Source: Bispira polyomma
Lineage: Eukaryota
Direction of reading: 5' to 3'
DNA: 64,000 bases
NCBI GenBank assembly: GCA_965649765.1
Contig: OZ287756.1
Location: forward strand, 33,108,001-33,172,000
The notes beneath the pieces are model-generated. The model did no database searches and was not told the origin of the DNA. It saw nothing but the letters and a program-made list of their open reading frames with translations. Below, in pieces: positions 25,211-38,639 of the stretch (the first letter of the stretch is position 1; every line of letters starts with the position of its first letter). The translations under genes were made by a program, and so were the position numbers.

Positions 25211-27120
25211 TACTACCACTAGTTTGGTTGTTTGGTGGTTATTTATTTATGTTATACTACTACGGTCTAATATATCTTAAACTTTACATGTATAACTATT
25301 AATTCATAATGTACTACATAAGTACAGCTCTGGTTAGGTAACCAGAATAATTGTATACTAAAAATAATAGAACTTATATATATATATACAGTATACTAAA
25401 TATTAAGAACTAAAAATGCATGTATCGGCACCAGGTTCATCTTATTCAAATCAAACATCTTAAAATCAAATTTCAAATTTATTTCATATCAAAAACTTTC
25501 AAAATCAAACATTTTAAATCTTAACTAATTATATATATAATAATTCATAAAATTGGGAACCTGTTGGCTTTAAGTTAAGGTTCCCTCATACCTATGAGGT
25601 CACCTTAGCTTAAATAGAATAAGTAATATGGTGTGTAACTGTAACATAGTTAATTATTAAATATACTTACAATTGGCAACAGGTACCTTGCATTTATTCA
25701 TTAAACTCAAAAATTTTACAATTTCAATTAGCTAAGTAATTCATAATTCCCATTCTCAAAACCCATGGTACCTGGTGCCCTTGTTAGGGTGACCTTAGTC
25801 ATTTAAGGTCACCCTCCAAATGTTTTGTGTTGTACATAAAATGTAGTAGTAGTAAAATAAAATTTTATACCCGCAATACTCAGTGTACTCACTGGTCACT
25901 CAAGGTCACCCATAAACTGTTCGACAGAATAATTTGACAGAATAAACTCCTTATTTTTTTTATTAATGCAAACAATCTCCAAAGATATATTAAAATCATT
26001 ACAGCCAACTTAGCTCAGAAATCAATATAATTCACTGTACGTAAGTAAAGGGAAAACATGGACATGTCCTTGACATTATATGTTGGTCCTGTGATGGCTT
26101 CATTAACACTAAAATAGCAGCATTTTTGTGAGATTTTCTAAATACAAAAGGTGAACAGCGAAAAACCAATAATTTCGAATATTTACGACACATTAAGTGT
26201 GTTTAGAAGTATGATGTTACATATTTAGAATGATTTTCTATAGTTAACAACTCTGTCGCTAACAGTAACCCATAAAATAAAAAAGCAGATGTTTCCACGA
26301 CAGATGTTTACATATAAAGGTGAAATGTCAATCTATTGAGTTGGAATCAAAGCAGTACAATATAGCTACAAGAGTCGTCTTTTAAAAAAGGTACATGCGC
26401 ACAATGTGAAATATACTAACGTTGATATAGTAACTATATACTCAGACAGGGAGCACCTAATAGCAATATATCAGAATGAAAACAACAACAATATATCGAA
26501 CACTGCTCAATTTGTATTGGTTGATTGCTTCCAACCAATCCATAAAAGCCTTACATATAATTTCTAAGATGGCGATCTTTCTAAAATAAAAACAACATTA
26601 GTATACGCCTGATAAAAAACAGGCATTACTGGTTAGTCAGTGAATTTTACTACAGTACCAAATTTCACCAAAACCGATTTTATTGAATTTAATAATGTAA
26701 AATGTAATACGCATAAATGAGTTCCATTTCACAAAGTTAATGCCATATATTGTCAAAAAACGCCCAATGGCTAAATTCACTGACTGACAAGTAGAGATAA
26801 TTAACCAACCTGTACAGTACAAGTTAACAATCCACATCTGAGAAGTATCTTAAATTGAAGAGTATATCGTCTAATATGTCTTCATTACTGTCCCTCTACA
26901 TTTGTAAATCAACAATGGCCCAGATACTTGTTTTCCATATGAATAAGTAGGTGTGTATGTAAGATACACTATCCCAAAAAAAATCATTGGCCTCATAAAT
27001 AACACTTATGATTTATTTTTTTTATTTACAATTTAATAGGGAAAATATTCAAACACTGTCTAGTTGGCCTTTCGGCTCAGCATTGATTTGATTTAAATAA
27101 ATAATTTTTTGTTTTGTTTG

Positions 27121-27265
27121 ACCCCGTTGTCTAGTGGTTAAGGGGTCGGTCTTATAATTATAAGTTACTAGGTATTACTCTTTGTTTAATGGAAAAACAT
27201 CCTTGGAAAAATATGAACACAAGTGTGAATAGTGGCTTGTATGACCACTTAAAATGTCAGTCCTC
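27121..27265 (+). mobile_element. Degenerate tRNA-derived SINE
   Basis: A-box-like gttgtctagtggttaagg, then catccttggaaaa and ccacttaaaatg; paralogous to 57014-57160. Confidence 0.5.
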
Positions 27266-28349
27266 GGTAACTGAGCTATATCTCCAGTACTTGGAGGCAA
27301 TGTATTTAATTGACTTTGACCATCCTCGCCTCTAAATTTTACCAACGGATGTCGGTAAGAGTTAGAAGTTTTTAGTTATTTAATATCAGTATTGTACATT
27401 ATATATATTTCCCATAAAAGTAGTTTTATAATATTTTCCCCACATTGCATTTTATATGTTTTAACCCAAACTTCATTTTCAGACTTCAACTCATTTAACT
27501 AACCTTTAAGTGTAAAGTGTTGGAGTCTTTAAGTTAACCTAGTGTTAACAGGAGTGAAATTAACCACAAAGTGTATTACTTACGTTAACCTTAATTTCCG
27601 TCAAATGGGGGTTAAACATCACCAACATTAGCTTTTAACAAAGTAATACACTAATATACCCCCATTACTGCTCTTCGCTGTGTACATGTCAAATAGCTTA
27701 AACCCTGAGGAGAGATGCACTGTGAGAGAGAGTTAGAACTTTTTGGAGGGGAGTGTATCATTACAAGGCCTGACCTTGTCAGTGAGAATAGAAGCCCATT
27801 AGTTGGTTTTAAAATCTATACATGTATAGCATATACCACCAGATTGCATTGTGTGAATACTAAAGCCAATAGAAAGTACCAGAGTTTGCTCAAGTACTTG
27901 TGTCTATATGGGGTGTATTATAAGGTTGTTGAGTTGTTTTTGTTTTTTTGTTTGTTTTTTTTGTCTAGAATATCACATATATAAACAAACATAATGGACA
28001 AATACTTTAGCAAGTATAGATTTTTTTTTGCATAGAACGACAAATGTAAACAAAATAAAATATCCTAAAATCCCAGCTAATGTTTTAGTTGTCAATGTAC
28101 TGGTGTGCGACAACAGATTTGTTAACAATTTGTTTTAGTAGAAAATCAGTCAATTATCATTTAAAAGTCACTAATTAATTATTAAGGATACACTTGCGCA
28201 TAGGGATTTTCTCTTACCTTTTATGCTTAAATGGGTAATCAAGCTGCGGAAATGATTCAAACTTGCAACTGCAGAGGTTCAAAAGAGTAATAGTTAAGTG
28301 GACTTTAAATTAAGAAGTTTTGTTTAATTGCACACTATGCCACATATTC

Positions 28350-29460
28350 CACTCTGCTACGATGATATATGGACCATTATATAAATTTTTCAGATCATGC
28401 ACCCCCAATAAAAAGCATTTACTTGTCTTTTTAAAGTTTTAATGTTGAATTTAGTCAATTTTAGAAAGCAACCTTTAGCTAAATTTACACAATATATAAT
28501 AATATATCTTTATATTAAGTAAATGCTTATATACAGAAATCTTGATTTTTACTGAATTATAAATACTACTTTGTAGTTAATTCTTTTGGGTTCCTACTCT
28601 CTACTTCTTTCATTTCAAACTTGCATTGTGAAAGAGGACAGAATGTTTTCTAACGAACAAAATTTTACTATTTTAGGGCTTTGGGGATTATTTTTCTTCT
28701 ATTTTGCTCAATTTTAAGCAAGAAAATGATAAAACATAGTATATAATAAAAGTAAAATCCCTCAGCAATCTCACAAAAAGAAAACGTTTTTCCACTTCTG
28801 GTTTCTTACCTAAAAAATAGCTAGTTGCAGCACCTGGTATTGTCTCACTACAAGTCTTCACAGACAATGATTACAGGTTTTAGAAAAAAGCTCAAATATT
28901 TGTATCAACTCTCTATATTGCCTTAAAATTTTGTTAACTGGTCACGACTAAACTCTGATCACAAACATTTTCCTCTATTTGAATATTATTTTGCCTACTG
29001 ATTGGAAAGTGCGCCACATAGGATGTCTTACCATCGGTTGTGATGCGATAAAAAGATAAACATTAACATTACTTGTGCTGTATATTATTAAAAAATAAAA
29101 CTTAGGAGGACAAAATACTCACAAACTTTACCTGACCGGCTCGTTTTTGTAATGCTTTGATTTGATCTCGGGTTTAATGTCACTTTCAGTACATTGTATA
29201 GGGGCTTTCTTCTTGCCTCATGTAATTTAATTATACACACCACTCTTGTACTTTTACTTTTATATTATACATTACGAAAGGACTTTATACAAGTCCATGT
29301 TTAGCTAGTATGTATACTTTTCTTCTACAATCTGTGTACGTTATAATTTACTGACAAGGTAGAGGTGCCATATCCATGTCCATGCAACATTTATTGACTG
29401 AATGTGAATAAATAGAAAAAATAGTTACTTTTTTATGTATCTCTTATGAAATTTAAAAAA
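28350..29460. repeat. Orphan copy of the gene-unit 3' flank
   Basis: Homologous to 15620-16200, 33000-33600, 49750-50150 and 53300-53960 (shared ataatttactgacaaggta...cagat block), but no gene follows it. Confidence 0.75.
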
Positions 29461-30341
29461 AATATTAGTTAAGTTAGTTAGAGTTGATTTCAGATAGTCA
29501 ATGAGTGAGACTGACTTAACCCACCACAGAGCGTGATGGTGTGAGATAGCTTAGCATGGGCAGCCAGTTGTCATTCTGCATTACAGAGCTAATAGCTAGA
29601 GCTTAGAATAATTCAGTAAAATGTTCATACATATGCCATAATAATATGTGGGAATTTATGAGTAATTAATATAGTGAATGTCAATTTTTATGAACGTCAA
29701 TTTTAATAGATGAAAATGATATGGACTTATGTTTAGTTACTACAACATATAGAGAAGACACTAATCAATTATTGTGTGGGAAGTTATGCTGCTGTGTTTA
29801 TACTTGGGTTCTCTGGCTCCACCTGCCCAGCCTTAATGAGATCTTATATTTACATACAAGCTTGCTACTAACTACAATATTACAGGGAATTACATAACAA
29901 ATAAACAGTATGAAAAGTGCATGTTAAAAGGGAGCGTGTATATAGTGGTTTAAAAGAGGAATCAAATAACAAACATTAACTTCAATTACTTCCTCACGTC
30001 AACACCACAATAAAAACCCAAGAGCCCACATTTTTCTAAATATATACAGGATGTATGTAATTGAGGAATAAACTAAAAGTCTAAACTCACAGTTTATTGA
30101 GTTATGTAGTAAAGTGAGTTTGAAGGGCCATATGGTGTCTGACCTCCATCCTCTGTGTACTTTAATACCGTTAAGCTAAACATTATTGTCAAAGGTCCTC
30201 GAGGGGGATTACAGCCTGGGTAATGAATGTCATACTCAGGGGAATGCCAATTGCTTGGACAGCCAGTTAAAAACTTATAGACAGTAAGGGGAACATCAGA
30301 ACTACCACATTGCCAATGGACAGAGTATTGAAATGTAATAG

Positions 30342-31539
30342 AAACTAGACCAAGAGCATCGGAAAACCGATGCATATTTGTATCCACCAGGAAGACAGAG
30401 CACCCTAGGTAGGAAGCACCCAAGCTATGGCTACCCTCGTCTGACCTTGAAGAAGGGGCCCAAAGTCAAATCTGACCACATCAAACGATTCTCAGCCCAA
30501 GATTACCTATAAGTTGGTTTTACATTGGAAACCTGTAGGACCAATAATAAGCGAGTTATAAGCACTTTTAATTTTGACCATTGTCATTTGACCTTGAAGG
30601 AGGGGCCTGAGGTCAAACCTGAACACATCAGAAGACTCCCAGCCCATGATTTCCTATAGGTTGCTTTTACATCTTAAAACTGTAGGACCAATAATAAGCG
30701 AGTTATAAGCACTTTTAAGCTTAACTACCCTCGTCTGACCTTGATGGAGCGGCCCAAGGTCAAATCTCACCACATCAGAAGATTACCAGCCCATGATTTC
30801 CTATAGGTAGGCTTTACATGCCAAACCTCTAGAACCAATAATAAGCGAGTAATAAGCACTTTTAAGTTTGGATACCTTGTTTAACCTTGAATGAGGGGCC
30901 CAAGGTCAAACCTGACCACATCAGAAGATTCCCAGCCCATGATTTCCTAAAGGTAGGCTTCACATGCCAAACCTCTAAAACCAATAATAAGCGAGTTATA
31001 AGCACTTTTAAGTTTGGATACCTTGTTTGACCTTGAATGAGGGATCCAAGGTCAACCTGAACACATTAGAAGATTCCTAGCCCATGATTTCCTACAGGTA
31101 GGCTTGACATACCAACCCTCTAGGACCAATAATAAGGGAGATATAGGCACTTTTAAAGTTCGCTATGTGGGGTACTTTGGCACTCCGTGGATGACCTTCA
31201 ATGAAGAACTTCAAGGTCAAATGTCTGCATGCTTGTAGAGGACATATATATCTGTTATACATATCACCTATGAAGAGATTTAACCTTCTAGTTACGAGAA
31301 CCAGCCAATAGAAAAAGATGAATAATTTTCAAAAAATGGCGATGGCGGCCATTTTGTTTTTCAGAATGAAGCTTACCTCCCAATAAAGATATCCTGCAAA
31401 TTTGGTGAAGCTAGCTGGTGTAGTTTTCTGCTGAGAGTGTTAACGACAAAAATCTCTCTACGGTGGCGGCGGTGGCGGCGGCGGTGATGTAGCCAACGCT
31501 AAACCAAAGTATCCACCTGATCGGTTGATACAACTAATT
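30342..31539 (+). mobile_element. Helentron-associated (HINE/DINE-1-like) non-autonomous element with internal tandem repeats
   Basis: Starts AAACTAGA; hairpin GCATCGG-aaaa-CCGATGC (30356-30373); GTATCCACC at 30380 and 31509; (GGC)n microsatellite at ~31462-31485; terminal palindrome GTATCCACC-tgatc-GGTTGATAC; A/T-rich end. Confidence 0.7.
30430..31220 (+). repeat. Tandem repeat, about 5.3 units of 145-147 bp
   Basis: CCAATAATAAG starts at 30541, 30688, 30835, 30981 and 31126. Each unit has a TGACCTTG...(C/G)AGGTCAA-type inverted motif. Confidence 0.95.
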
Positions 31540-31589
31540 GAAAATAGTAAATAGAAACCAAACACTAAGATCATTATTGCCCTATATTG

Positions 31590-32860
31590 CCAGTGTAAGG
31601 GGACAGTGTTGAGTGCATTTATAATTTGACAAAATAAATAAGATAAGAGTTATTTTAAGAAATATCCCTTTTAATACATCTAATAATATTAATAAGTTCA
31701 CTGAAGAGTTTTAGTCAACCTGTTGTGGCATATATACACTGGTATGCCAAGCAGCACAAATGGACCTAATTGTCATTAATTTATCTTGCCCATTTCTGTA
31801 TTAATATGTATACCCTAGTGCACATAGGTTGTTTTTTTTATCTCTACTTTGTTCTCATTGATGGGGACACCTAGCATAGTAACCAAGTTCCTAAAACAAT
31901 TTTTAAGGCATATCCAATACCTTGATAGAAAGCTGCTCCCGAGGGTAACCCAAACGGGATACTGACATAGAAAGCCCCACCCCACTTAATGCAGGGAAAT
32001 CTCTAGGATAAGTACATAGATGTATTTATCGCCTTTGTAAATCAAGTTTAAAAATACAAGCGCCTTTGTCCAGCTTTTTAACTCTAGCCAAAATGTTATC
32101 AGTAATTGGGTATTTTAAAGATGAAGGTGTGTCATCATACTCATTAATTGGAATGTAGTTATTTACAGTGGCACACCTGGGAAGGGACAAGTGAACTATA
32201 ATCCATCTAGATTGGTCTGGTTTTGGCCTAGTAATTAAAGGTGCAGCATGGAATTCCTTAAAAAGAGAAGCAGCAAGAGGGCCTACAATTGCATTAAAAG
32301 ACACTTCAGTCCTAAAATACTTGTCTGCATCTGTAGAAAATGTCATAGCTGAATTATGGTTCTGAACAACGTTATTATATTTAAATGCTGTGGAATCAAT
32401 ACTGAGAAAGAACCCAAACTCTAAACAATTACAGACTACATAAAATGTGTAACTATACCTTGAATGCTTCCAGGCTGTAATATTAATGTTTGAAGGAGCA
32501 ACCACTCTGTCAACTAGGACAACTCCACATCATACTGCATGAGATTAGCATGATATAACACACACATAATTTGTGCTTCTGCCTGTCCATTCTGCTCTCA
32601 AGTGATTGTACTTCATCCAACACCTGATACAATTTGTAAAGAACATCCTCCTTTCTGGACTTCTTATTCTGTGTTTTGGGAAGACTGTATGTACCACAAT
32701 CTAAAGACTCTCCACAGGTTGCTGATCATCTGTTTGTGCATCAACCAGGTTAGTCTGTATCAGATTACTCTTGTGTTTTGTGTTACATTTATCACAATGT
32801 CTCTTCCTAGGAACCATGATGTATAAAAACGTGTTCAGATAAAACTAGGTATGTGTCCTA
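31590..32860 (-). mobile_element. Decayed, internally deleted YR element (gag 5' end and RT fragment)
   Basis: LEFGFFL, NHNSA, AIVGP, ITRPKPDQSRWIIVHLSLP, LKYP and FKLDLQR match the RT of elements 1 and 2; 32570-32860 is homologous to 14870-15150. Confidence 0.82.
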
Positions 32861-34286
32861 ATTTTCTTTCCACCTCTTCTTACTCTAAAAACTGGCTTGT
32901 TGAAAATCTAGGTATATGTCCTGACATTCTTTCCACCTCTTCTTACCCCAAATCTGGCTGGTTGAAAAACATTCAACGATGCAGCACTAACTGAGAGGAA
33001 TAGTCTCCCTACTAGTCTTTGCAATAAAACAAGGATTACAGGCTTCAGGAAAAAGCTTTCTTGCCTTAACTTTCATTACCTGGTACTGACTGAACTCGAT
33101 AACAAACCTTTTCTCCAATCGGACTATTCTTTTGCTTAGTGATTGTAATGTGCGCCAAAAAGGTTGCCTGGCCATCGATTGTGGTATTATAGAAGTAAAA
33201 ACACTAACATTGAAACCTTACTTGTGTTGTGTATTATTAAATTATGAAACTCACGAAAATAAAATACTCAGCCGGCTCATTTTGTAATGCTTTGATTTGA
33301 TTTTGGTTTTGACATCGCTTTCAACATATGTGCTTTGTCTGTATTCATTCTATAATTTAATCATACACACTACTTGTGGAGTTTTACTATTGTATTACAC
33401 ATTACAAAAGAATTCTTAAAAAGTCTATGTATGACTAGTATGTATACTTTTCTTTTACAATCTGTGTATGGGATAATTTACTGACCAGGTAGATATGCCA
33501 GATCATAATTGACAGATGTACATGCAACATTTATAAACTCAATATATGCAATTACAAAAAAAAAATAGATACTTGATTTATATTAAAAAATTGAACATAA
33601 AATAAAAGCTACAATAGAATTGTAAACTATAAGAGGTCATTTAATTTTTTTTCAATATTTACATTCATAATAAGGTACTAGAGCAGCAACCAGACTTTCA
33701 ATTTAACCACAGAAAGTGTTTACAATCACTAAACCCTAAAATCAGGGTATTACAAAAATTTAAACGCACTAAGTCATGCTTATTATTGCTTCACACTTTA
33801 ACGTCCAGCAATATTACCTTTTATGCAACTTTTTAGCAGTGTCATTAGCCCATTTATATCATTTTTAAACATTAACTCTCTTTATAATAGCCACAAAATT
33901 TATTATCACTGTTCTTTTCAAAAGATTTCTGCTGACACAGACACCAGCTTGTAGAACTGAAGTTACCCACATGTTGCTTTACATTGGGTAACAGTATTAC
34001 AGTTTAGAAATGATTACATCACGATGACATTAGACTTTTACGTCCAACAATATTACCTTTGATGCATTATAGTATTGACAAATGATATACTATTCACACA
34101 TACAATATTAAACATTATTAATCAATTGTGTGCAATAAGATAACTAGGCCAGAGAACAAGTAATGTTAAACTGGAGAACAGATCAGGTAAGCAGCCAAAA
34201 GCATTAGTCAAGGAATGCATGAAAGAATAAACCCAATGAACAGCATTTAACAGTGTTGATAGTAAGCATAATTAGTACCGGTCTGA

Positions 34287-35591
34287 TCAGTCCCCATTCA
34301 TGAGTATGTTAGGTGATTTACACCCAATTGTTCCAGGTGCAATGTATCGTTTGTCTAAGTGTGGTACATTGAAAAAGTCACAAATTTTATCTGTCTGTTC
34401 TTTAACCTCCATGGTAAAATCGTCAAAGCTGTACTTCTTTAAGGCATGCATACTTATTTGACTTCCCCTCTGTGAATCATGGCTCATGGCTGTCTTAATG
34501 GCATCTGCATCAAATGGTAGATGGCAATGGTTAAATACTGCTTTGAAGAAATGAGTAGGGTTATCAATAAGATCTTCATATCGTATTCCAACAATTTTCA
34601 TGCCGCTAGTCGTAAAATCGATGTAACATCTCATCAGTGAGGCCCATAAGATTGAAAAAATGTGAAGCTTTGAAAGTACTCTACATTGAAAATGTTCTGA
34701 TGGCACGCCAAATTGACTAACAATGTATTGTGTTACCTTAGATGACCGACGTCCGAGATAACATGCCAGTGCTGCCATAGGCATTTCTTGAGATGCACGG
34801 GCAATAGATTTACATACTGCTAAGCCATCTCTGTACATGAATATCTTGTATGATTCTGGAACCACCTTACCAAACATTGGTAACTCCATCATTAAAAGGG
34901 CTTGCAATTTGAATACATATGCCTGAATGGCCTTTCCATGAACTGGTTTGCACAAGAATGCTAAGCAATCATGAGTATATTGGAGCATCTCTACTTCATT
35001 TAACACTCGTTTCAGTTGTGTTAATGCATTCAATGCATATGGTTCAGAATAAGCCATGCAGCAACCTGTTTCTGCAAAGACTTGTGTCATAAGAGTAGAC
35101 CCACATCTTGAGGTATTTCCTATGAATATAATCTTTACTTTAGGTAACCCTATCTTTTGTCCCAAAATATGGAACACATGGACAGGCATAATAAGCAGAC
35201 GATGCACAAGCTTCCATTCTGCCACCCTAAAAAATGCTTCTGCGTCAGACCTAGTGGGATCAACTCCCTTGCCAACCTCAATAAAAAGGGCTTCCTTGTG
35301 GTTGAAGGTGTATAAACTCACTTGGTTATTTAGAACATACTCAGGATCCACAAAACATCTATGCCAGGTGATGAAGTTGTCAGAAGCAGATGGTTGGTTT
35401 ATAGGATCTACTTTGTGTCTGTATAATATGTCAAGAACTTGTATCGAACCCTTATAGGAAGTAACATCATGGTTTTTGCGAATTCTGAAATATGTTCCGC
35501 TAAAGAGCCACAGAACTTGACGACACAAATTAAATATGCCACAACAACAAAGCCACAGAAAATGCTTGAAGAAAAGTAACCAAAGGCTCAT
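34287..35591 (-). CDS. Sulfotransferase-like protein, copy B (434 aa)
   Basis: NTSRCGSTLM, YRDGLAVCKS, RYEDL; colinear with A without indels. Confidence 0.85.
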   Translation of the reverse strand: MSLWLLFFKHFLWLCCCGIFNLCRQVLWLFSGTYFRIRKNHDVTSYKGSIQVLDILYRHKVDPINQPSASDNFITWHRCFVDPEYVLNNQVSLYTFNHKEALFIEVGKGVDPTRSDAEAFFRVAEWKLVHRLLIMPVHVFHILGQKIGLPKVKIIFIGNTSRCGSTLMTQVFAETGCCMAYSEPYALNALTQLKRVLNEVEMLQYTHDCLAFLCKPVHGKAIQAYVFKLQALLMMELPMFGKVVPESYKIFMYRDGLAVCKSIARASQEMPMAALACYLGRRSSKVTQYIVSQFGVPSEHFQCRVLSKLHIFSILWASLMRCYIDFTTSGMKIVGIRYEDLIDNPTHFFKAVFNHCHLPFDADAIKTAMSHDSQRGSQISMHALKKYSFDDFTMEVKEQTDKICDFFNVPHLDKRYIAPGTIGCKSPNILMNGD

Positions 35592-36575
35592 TGTGAAATG
35601 TTGTTCATTCAGTTTCTTGCACTATGATGTAATCCAGTTTTTCTTTGCCCTAACACAGAAAAAAAATAGTTAGATGTAAAAAATATTATATAATGCAATA
35701 TTTTGGTTGTGTGTTTACCTCTAATTACTATACAAAAATTAGTAGGTATAATTGTGATAGCCAAGGTCGCCAAAAATAAGCAACCACTTTAATGAGGGGA
35801 TTTTAAATCCAAATCGGAGTTTGATGGGAATTGGATGAAATTTCAATGAATTAGTCAGGGGTTAGAAATTACATGTTAACCAGCAGATCTACCTTGATGG
35901 ATAATGCTCTTATAAGTAGTAACCTTAATTACTGCTGATCCCTGTCTAATCTTTCATATTATTACAACTATTTGCCAAATGTTAAGATTACTCTACATAA
36001 TAAATCAGCAGTTGATCCAATCTACATTCATATGACAATCTGCATTAGCTGAACAAACTGATGTCTCCCCATTTTTAAAATATATTCCTACTTGGCACCG
36101 TCAGTAATAAACCGAGGATTTCTCTCAGTCATTGTATTAAACTTAATGTAACACTACCAATAAGAAATACTCATTTCTATTCAAATATGTAATATTTATT
36201 TTTAAAGCATTTCTTTTTGTTATAAAAGTTAATGCTTTTCATCTATTATTATAGGCAGTGCTTGCATCTAATGCTAACTACACAAAAAAAAACTAGACAA
36301 ATTGCATCAAAGCAGACAAGTCTGTTGTACAAGAGATAAAAATATTTTGGCAGCCTTTTTTGTTTTTCAGGAGGCCAAGCTAAATTAGAATTCAGTTGGA
36401 GTTTACAACAGCTTCGGTCTCATCACGACAATTATAATTAAAGAAAGATGGAAGAAACCAATACTAAAGCAGTGTAAACCATGGACCTAGCAGCAAGTAC
36501 TTGACAAACCTCAAGGAACAAATGAAGGAACAAATGGGATTCAAACCCATACTGATGTTGGGCCAAAGTTTAGTA

Positions 36576-36851
36576 GTAGCTGCCAGCAATAAACATGTAC
36601 TTAAAGTATTTTCGCGTGAAAGCGTTAACACAGAAAATATCTCTGTGTACAGCATCATCAGCTACATAACTCCATGTAAGCCAAAGTATGCACTGCTTCC
36701 ATACTGAAAATCTTTCAGCAGTAGCTACCAGCAATAAATATGTACTTAAAGTGTTTCACGTGAAAGCGTTTACACAGAAAATCTCTCTGCGCACAGCATC
36801 ATCGCCGGCATAACTGCATGTAAGCCAAAGCATGCACTGCCACCTTACTGG
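36576..36851 (+). repeat. ~145-bp tandem duplication in the upstream region of copy B
   Basis: gtagct(g/a)ccagcaataaa...gcactgc...tactg occurs twice; the paralogous A region (~19240-19360) has one copy. Confidence 0.8.
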
Positions 36852-37699
36852 AAGTCTTTATGCTGAAAATGTGCCTACCGTAAAGATTATCACCAGCTTA
36901 TCAAAAAATTATTGTGAGTTTAATGTGTGGTTGAGTGTGTTTTTGACAGGAGGAAAAAAAAAACAGAAAATAAAACAGATTTTAGCAGTGGCTATGTCAT
37001 GAATTATACAAAAATAAACATAGAAAATGTAAATGCACATAGGGTGCGATGAAACCAAAGACGAATGTTTTTATAACATAGAAATAAAGTTTTTTAGAAC
37101 AGAAAGTCTTTAATATGGACTACTGACTGTGAAGATTTCTAAAGTGGAACGGTTCACGTAAATGATATTCCATGAAGTGCAAGCTTTGTAAGGACAAAAC
37201 TTCTCTAAATAAAGGCACGATAACAATCTTAGGATAATTAATATTTATATCAACACAAGCAGACCTGTCTAATGAACACCGAAAGTGTACTAATGCTGTT
37301 TCACGTAGCACACTTTATGAACTCTCTGTACTAAGGTATTCATGTCTTCAAAGCAACCAAGTGAAGGAGTATTGTCAAATAGTGCGGCACCTGTGTTAGT
37401 TGAAAACAAATTTTATAATGTGAAAGTAAAAACTTTGAAAATTGGTTCAGTATTTTTGTAAAATAGCTTTGGACAAGCATTTAGAAAAGTGATGTATGTC
37501 ATGGTAACATCACCTACAAGATGTTATTAAAGCTGTTCAAGACTCCCCAAAAGTACAACTGACAGTTATAAAAACACTAGTGATGACCCATTTTGATCAT
37601 AATTGTAACTTGTAAAATGCAGTCATTCAGTGTTTCCCCAATAGTACAGCCTTGTAAGCGTCTGAATCTTTATTCTTATTATCCTGGGTGTCCTGCATT

Positions 37700-38626
37700 T
37701 CCGCTTTATTTAGAGTAGGCCGGTTCAACTGTTAAAAAAAATGTGGGGCCTCAACTGACTGCTGTGTTTCTGGTATAGTCTCATCATCATCTGTATCCCT
37801 CCATTTAAACTCCCTCTCATCCTCCTGTCTTGGCTGTATCCTCTTTTTCCTTGTAACTCTTTTTATCCTGGCATAATTGTAATATTTGTTTATCTGGTCT
37901 CGCTTATTCTTTATAAGAAAAAATAAAAGCCTGTTATATTTGTCTATATTAAAAATTGCAAGTAGATGTTGACTCTCTGAAAGCTCGGCTGAATCTGATG
38001 AAAAACAAGTGTGCCGTCTTCCTTTCATACAGTCTGGTCCTGCTCCTGGTTTGTTCACGAGTGATTGTTTCACTCCCAAGTTATTTTTGTCACGCCTGAC
38101 CTACCATTAGTCTTCCCAAGCTGTCTTTACAGTCGGGGATTCCTAACAATTTATCAGCCCCTTCTTACAAGTTATCTTTACGATCGGGAACTTGGTAACG
38201 ACTTATCCTTATGACATATCTTTACGATTGGGTATTTCTTAAGACCTATCCTTGACATTTGACAGGATAACTCGGGAACTTGTAATACTCCCGACCAATC
38301 GGGACGGATTGAACGATTAATTCTTTCAAAAATGGCAATTTTTTATCGCAATTTAGATGCCGATCAGAAAGTTAGGTCGTTATAACGTTAAGATAACTTG
38401 TTAGTGGCTTACAATTGACCTGATCGACCCCAATCTATCGGCCGCAGATCATCAAATTGCAGAGGTTTTGTAATATGTTAGTTAATTTGCACGAGGACCG
38501 TGAGTGTCCTGATTGTCCATGGTAAATTGGGACAACTCTACCAGTGTTTCGATTGTTCTCTCGATTGGCTCCTGATTGTCCAATTGAGACAGACGGGAGC
38601 TAAGATCATGATAGTGTGACAGCCCT
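37700..38626 (-). mobile_element. Probable PIF/Harbinger-like DNA transposon end fragment
   Basis: Right end reads AGGGCTGTCACACTATCATGATCTTA on the - strand next to TTAA; CG-rich subterminal cgatcggga-type repeats; basic degenerate ORF 37732-38079. No matching second TIR found. Confidence 0.4.
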
Positions 38627-38639
38627 TTAAAGAAAATAT

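Larger units (their letters stand above)
19540..25921 (+). mobile_element. Near full-length, inactivated YR retrotransposon (Ngaro/DIRS order), element 1; left boundary approximate
   Basis: gag, RT (CLPFG, YIDD), RNase H (LDAC, LEMVN, CDN, ADTLSR) and YR in order; no methyltransferase domain seen. AATAAA at ~25856; ends AAACTGTT like element 2. Confidence 0.92.
18222..28217 (-). other. Putative ~10-kb 5'-UTR intron of copy A
   Basis: Acceptor tgttttag|G at 18222, with AG at the equivalent place in B (35650) and D (56073). In-frame TAG lies between acceptor and ATG. Candidate donor AAG|GTAAGA at 28217; an alternative donor TGG|GTAAGT is near 19149. Confidence 0.4.

Noticed and set aside
30430-31220. 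CRISPR-like array
   Set aside because: Whole 147-bp units repeat with no unique spacers; no cas genes; eukaryotic context.
32845-32970. Short tandem duplications (also 40048-40110)
   Set aside because: Ordinary local slippage duplications with no further structure.
35056-35457. 133-aa + strand ORF, and similar ORFs at 54620, 55335, 55685, 43194 and 45513
   Set aside because: Antisense shadows of real coding sequence; not conserved as open frames between paralogs.
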